Part shown: in pieces, positions 61,567 to 64,000 of the stretch
Position numbering within the stretch: position 1 is the first letter of the stretch
Layout of the letters: every line of letters begins with the position of its first letter
Assembly (NCBI GenBank): GCA_965227295.1
Contig: OZ245742.1
Span: 32,001 to 96,000 of the forward strand
Source of the DNA: Leptonemataceae bacterium
GTDB lineage: Bacteria; Spirochaetota; Leptospiria; Leptospirales; Leptonemataceae
Direction: 5' to 3'
Length of the DNA: 64,000 nucleotides
Position numbers and translations under genes: made by a program
The notes under the pieces: model-generated
The model's input: the letters and a program-made list of their open reading frames with translations, nothing else
Database searches by the model: none
What the model was told of the DNA's origin: nothing

Positions 61567-62481
61567 ATGAGACTCTACAAACCAGCCGGCATGCTGATGC
61601 TGTGTGTCCTCACGGCCTTCAGCACGAGTGCGTGCAACATCTTCGGTGGCTCCGACGACGGCGACACCGACCTCCTCGCTCTGGGCGGCCTCGCGGCCCT
61701 CGTTGTTTCCTCCAGATCCACGGTATACACCCTGGACTCAACGACGGGTTGCATTACCGGCCAGTCTGTCTCGATGGACAGCAGTCTACCGGACTGGATC
61801 AAGAACAACTTTACCTGCGCCACGGGTACAGTCTCGGGTTCCAACTACGTGTTCACCTCGCTGAATCTTCCGAACACGAACAGCTTCTATTACACCACGG
61901 CCTCACCGCTGTATGAGGCTCTGCCGAGCGGCAACAATTCCGCCGGAACGAACGTGATTTCGGCCCAACCGTTTACGTACACAATTCCGGCATCACCGAC
62001 GCAGAATACCGGCACCTTAACGAGCACCCAGGCCGGGCAGGCTTCCATCGGCCTCACCCGCAACGGTCTGGCCATGTTCAACAATGCCGCGGCTCCGGGG
62101 GACACCCTCGCCTCGGAAGTGGCGACCTTCGATAACTTCAACGGCCACCCGCAATCCAGCGGCATCTACCATCACCACGCCCAACCGTTGAACATTACGA
62201 ACGAAGACTCCAGCCTCGTCGGCATTGCCCTCGACGGTTATCCGGTCTACGGACGCAAGTGCGATAACGGCACCAGCAGCACCGGTGACGACTTCACCCC
62301 GGACAGCACCGGCACGAACGTTCTCGATTCCCTGCACGGCCACACCTCGGCGACGGTCCACTTTCCCGGCGGCACCTATCACTACCATGCCGCGCAGGAT
62401 TCCACGGCGACCATCGTGACTTTGATGGGTTCGAGCTTTTACGGCATCACCGGTTCCACCAGCGGAGTCCAGATTCAATAA
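61567..62481 (+). CDS. YHYH-domain lipoprotein, paralog 3
   Basis: TSAC lipobox; close paralog of 60606..61502. Confidence 0.9.
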   Translation: MRLYKPAGMLMLCVLTAFSTSACNIFGGSDDGDTDLLALGGLAALVVSSRSTVYTLDSTTGCITGQSVSMDSSLPDWIKNNFTCATGTVSGSNYVFTSLNLPNTNSFYYTTASPLYEALPSGNNSAGTNVISAQPFTYTIPASPTQNTGTLTSTQAGQASIGLTRNGLAMFNNAAAPGDTLASEVATFDNFNGHPQSSGIYHHHAQPLNITNEDSSLVGIALDGYPVYGRKCDNGTSSTGDDFTPDSTGTNVLDSLHGHTSATVHFPGGTYHYHAAQDSTATIVTLMGSSFYGITGSTSGVQIQ

Positions 62482-62540
62482 GGTTCTTGCGAGATAGACA
62501 CGGCCGTCCCCGCGGGCGGCCGGCATCCGCCTCTATACTT

Positions 62541-63116
62541 ATGCCGGCTAAAATCTTACAGATTACGGTTAGCATCGTGCTCCTCACGCTCTGCCACTGC
62601 GGCTCCCGCACGGTCCTTGAGCACAACGACCCCGGTCTGCAAATTCGGAACGACGTCTACCATCACGACGGCACGCCGTTCACCGGAATCATTCGCAGCA
62701 TCGTGCCGGCCGTGGAGATGGTTCGCCTGGTTCCCTATCGCGACGGCCTTGTGCACGGCACGGTGAAGGCGTATCATTCCTCCGGGACGCTCATTGAAAA
62801 GGGCCGCTACGAAGACGGCAAACCCACGGGTGTCCATCGCAGTTGGTACAACGACGGCCAGAATCGCAGCTACGCCGTTTACGAAGACGGTCTGCTGGAA
62901 GGCGAGCGGTGGGTCTGGCACAAGAACGGCCGCGTGTTTCAGTTCCAAACATACGAAGCGGGCAAGATGCGCGCGCACAAGCAGTGGCGCGAAAACGGCC
63001 TCATCTACATGAACTACGTCTACTATACCGACGGCGCGATTGCCGGCCTGCCGGGAAGTAAGGTGTGTGAGCCGGTGAGCAAAGTGACAGAAGCAGAGAC
63101 GGAAAAGGACCTATAA
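62541..63116 (+). CDS. MORN-variant repeat (YwqK-like) lipoprotein
   Basis: Repeated Y..G..[HE]G....W...G motifs; LCHC lipobox. Confidence 0.8.
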   Translation: MPAKILQITVSIVLLTLCHCGSRTVLEHNDPGLQIRNDVYHHDGTPFTGIIRSIVPAVEMVRLVPYRDGLVHGTVKAYHSSGTLIEKGRYEDGKPTGVHRSWYNDGQNRSYAVYEDGLLEGERWVWHKNGRVFQFQTYEAGKMRAHKQWRENGLIYMNYVYYTDGAIAGLPGSKVCEPVSKVTEAETEKDL

Positions 63117-63118
63117 TA

Positions 63119-63240
63119 AATTCTTTTGGGGCGTGCCCCTCCGCGCTTCGCGCTCCGGGTCGGGCTGTTCCGCACTCCGCTTCGCTTCGGTCTCGCGAAG
63201 ACGCGAGACTGGCGGCTACGCCGCCATGCTCCGCATCCTA
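63119..63240 (-). repeat. REP/MITE-like structured repeat, copy 3, cut near its end by IS110
   Basis: Minus strand: TAGGATGCG...CAGTC...GACCGAAGCGAAGCGGAG...CAGCCCGACCCGGAGCGCGAAGCGCG...ACGCCCCAAAAGAATT. Confidence 0.7.
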
Positions 63241-63506
63241 TATGTCCCCGTGAGGCTGTCGGGACGGGGTTTTCCTGGCCATCGAACCGGCGGTGCCGTA
63301 GATGAGTATCGAAGGCTATAGACTCCGGGGAGAACCCACTCGTATCTGTGTGAACCTTAGCCGGGGAAACACTTGTGAGGGCTCTATGTTCCCCCGGAGC
63401 CTATCTCCAATCGATACCACTTATAGTGAGTTTGCCCTGCCTTGCAAGGGTTTCCTGAATATAGGAATCGTGGATGATTTGGAGTGATAGCCTCACCGGA
63501 GGTAGT
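63241..63506 (+). ncRNA. Putative IS110 left non-coding end / bridge RNA region
   Basis: About 265-nt non-coding, hairpin-rich segment between the repeat and the IS110 ATG; assigned from IS110 architecture. Confidence 0.5.
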
Positions 63507-64000
63507 ATGAATCAGACAGTAGCAGGCATCGATTGGAGCGCGCACTTCTTTGACGTGTGCGTATACAGCACGACGGACGGCGTTCTTTACGAAGGCCGAT
63601 TTAACATCGACGGCCCCGGTATCAATCGATTGCTCGGCGTTCTCAAGCGGCACGGACCTATCGAAGCCATCGGGATCGAGGACGGGCGGCAGCTCGTGGC
63701 GAATCGAATGATGCAGCACGGCTATGACGTGCGCACCGTGCATCCGTTTTCCCTGGCGCGCTTCAAAGAAGTCTACGAAACCACCCGCCGCAAAGATGAT
63801 CGCATGGACGCGATGTACATCGCCCGCATGCTCGCCGAGAAACCGCAGGCGTTTCGAAGTATTACGCAGAACAGCCCGGAATGCACGCGGCTGGAAGCGC
63901 TGAACCGTCAGAAGCGCCGCCTGGTCGAGGACCGCAGCCGTTTGCAGAATCGCCTGCGTGCCGTGCTGCGCGGCTATTTTCCCGCGTTTTCCGGCTGTTT
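63507..64000 (+). CDS. IS110-family DEDD recombinase/transposase (runs off the window)
   Basis: MNQTVAGIDWSAHFFDVCV..IGIEDG..KDDRMDA..LVEDRSRLQNRLR; GGAGG RBS; absent from ORF track because it has no stop in the window. Confidence 0.9.
   Translation, partial: MNQTVAGIDWSAHFFDVCVYSTTDGVLYEGRFNIDGPGINRLLGVLKRHGPIEAIGIEDGRQLVANRMMQHGYDVRTVHPFSLARFKEVYETTRRKDDRMDAMYIARMLAEKPQAFRSITQNSPECTRLEALNRQKRRLVEDRSRLQNRLRAVLRGYFPAFSGC

Overview
High-GC bacterial chromosomal window. Gene content (DUF1554/Len-like protein, YHYH lipoproteins, LIC13354/13355-like lipoproteins, membrane SpoIIE-TPR protein) suggests a Leptospiraceae-type spirochaete; this is inference. The first ~11 kb is a mobile-element hotspot. 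It holds a 13-bp tandem repeat, two complete group II introns on the minus strand whose EBS/IBS pairings are visible, and a head-to-tail array of four diverged IS1595-family transposase units. Those units are joined by a conserved 8-bp junction containing the amber stop, and each carries a 52-nt hairpin with compensatory base changes; an IS5/IS1182-type element sits in one junction. The rest is mostly housekeeping or accessory genes: fabI, glsA, desaturases, dps/perR-like, a catalase-like protein, family 1 encapsulin with ferritin-like cargo, a cobalamin riboswitch with cobT-cobS-cobC, MaoC pair, SLT, M14 peptidase, RNase D, SpoIIE, MFS, hemerythrin, fadH and three YHYH paralogs. An unexplained non-coding 331-bp satellite occurs at four intergenic loci and a REP-like repeat at three. 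The window ends in an IS110 element inserted in one REP-like copy. All calls come from manual reading; no database searches were run.
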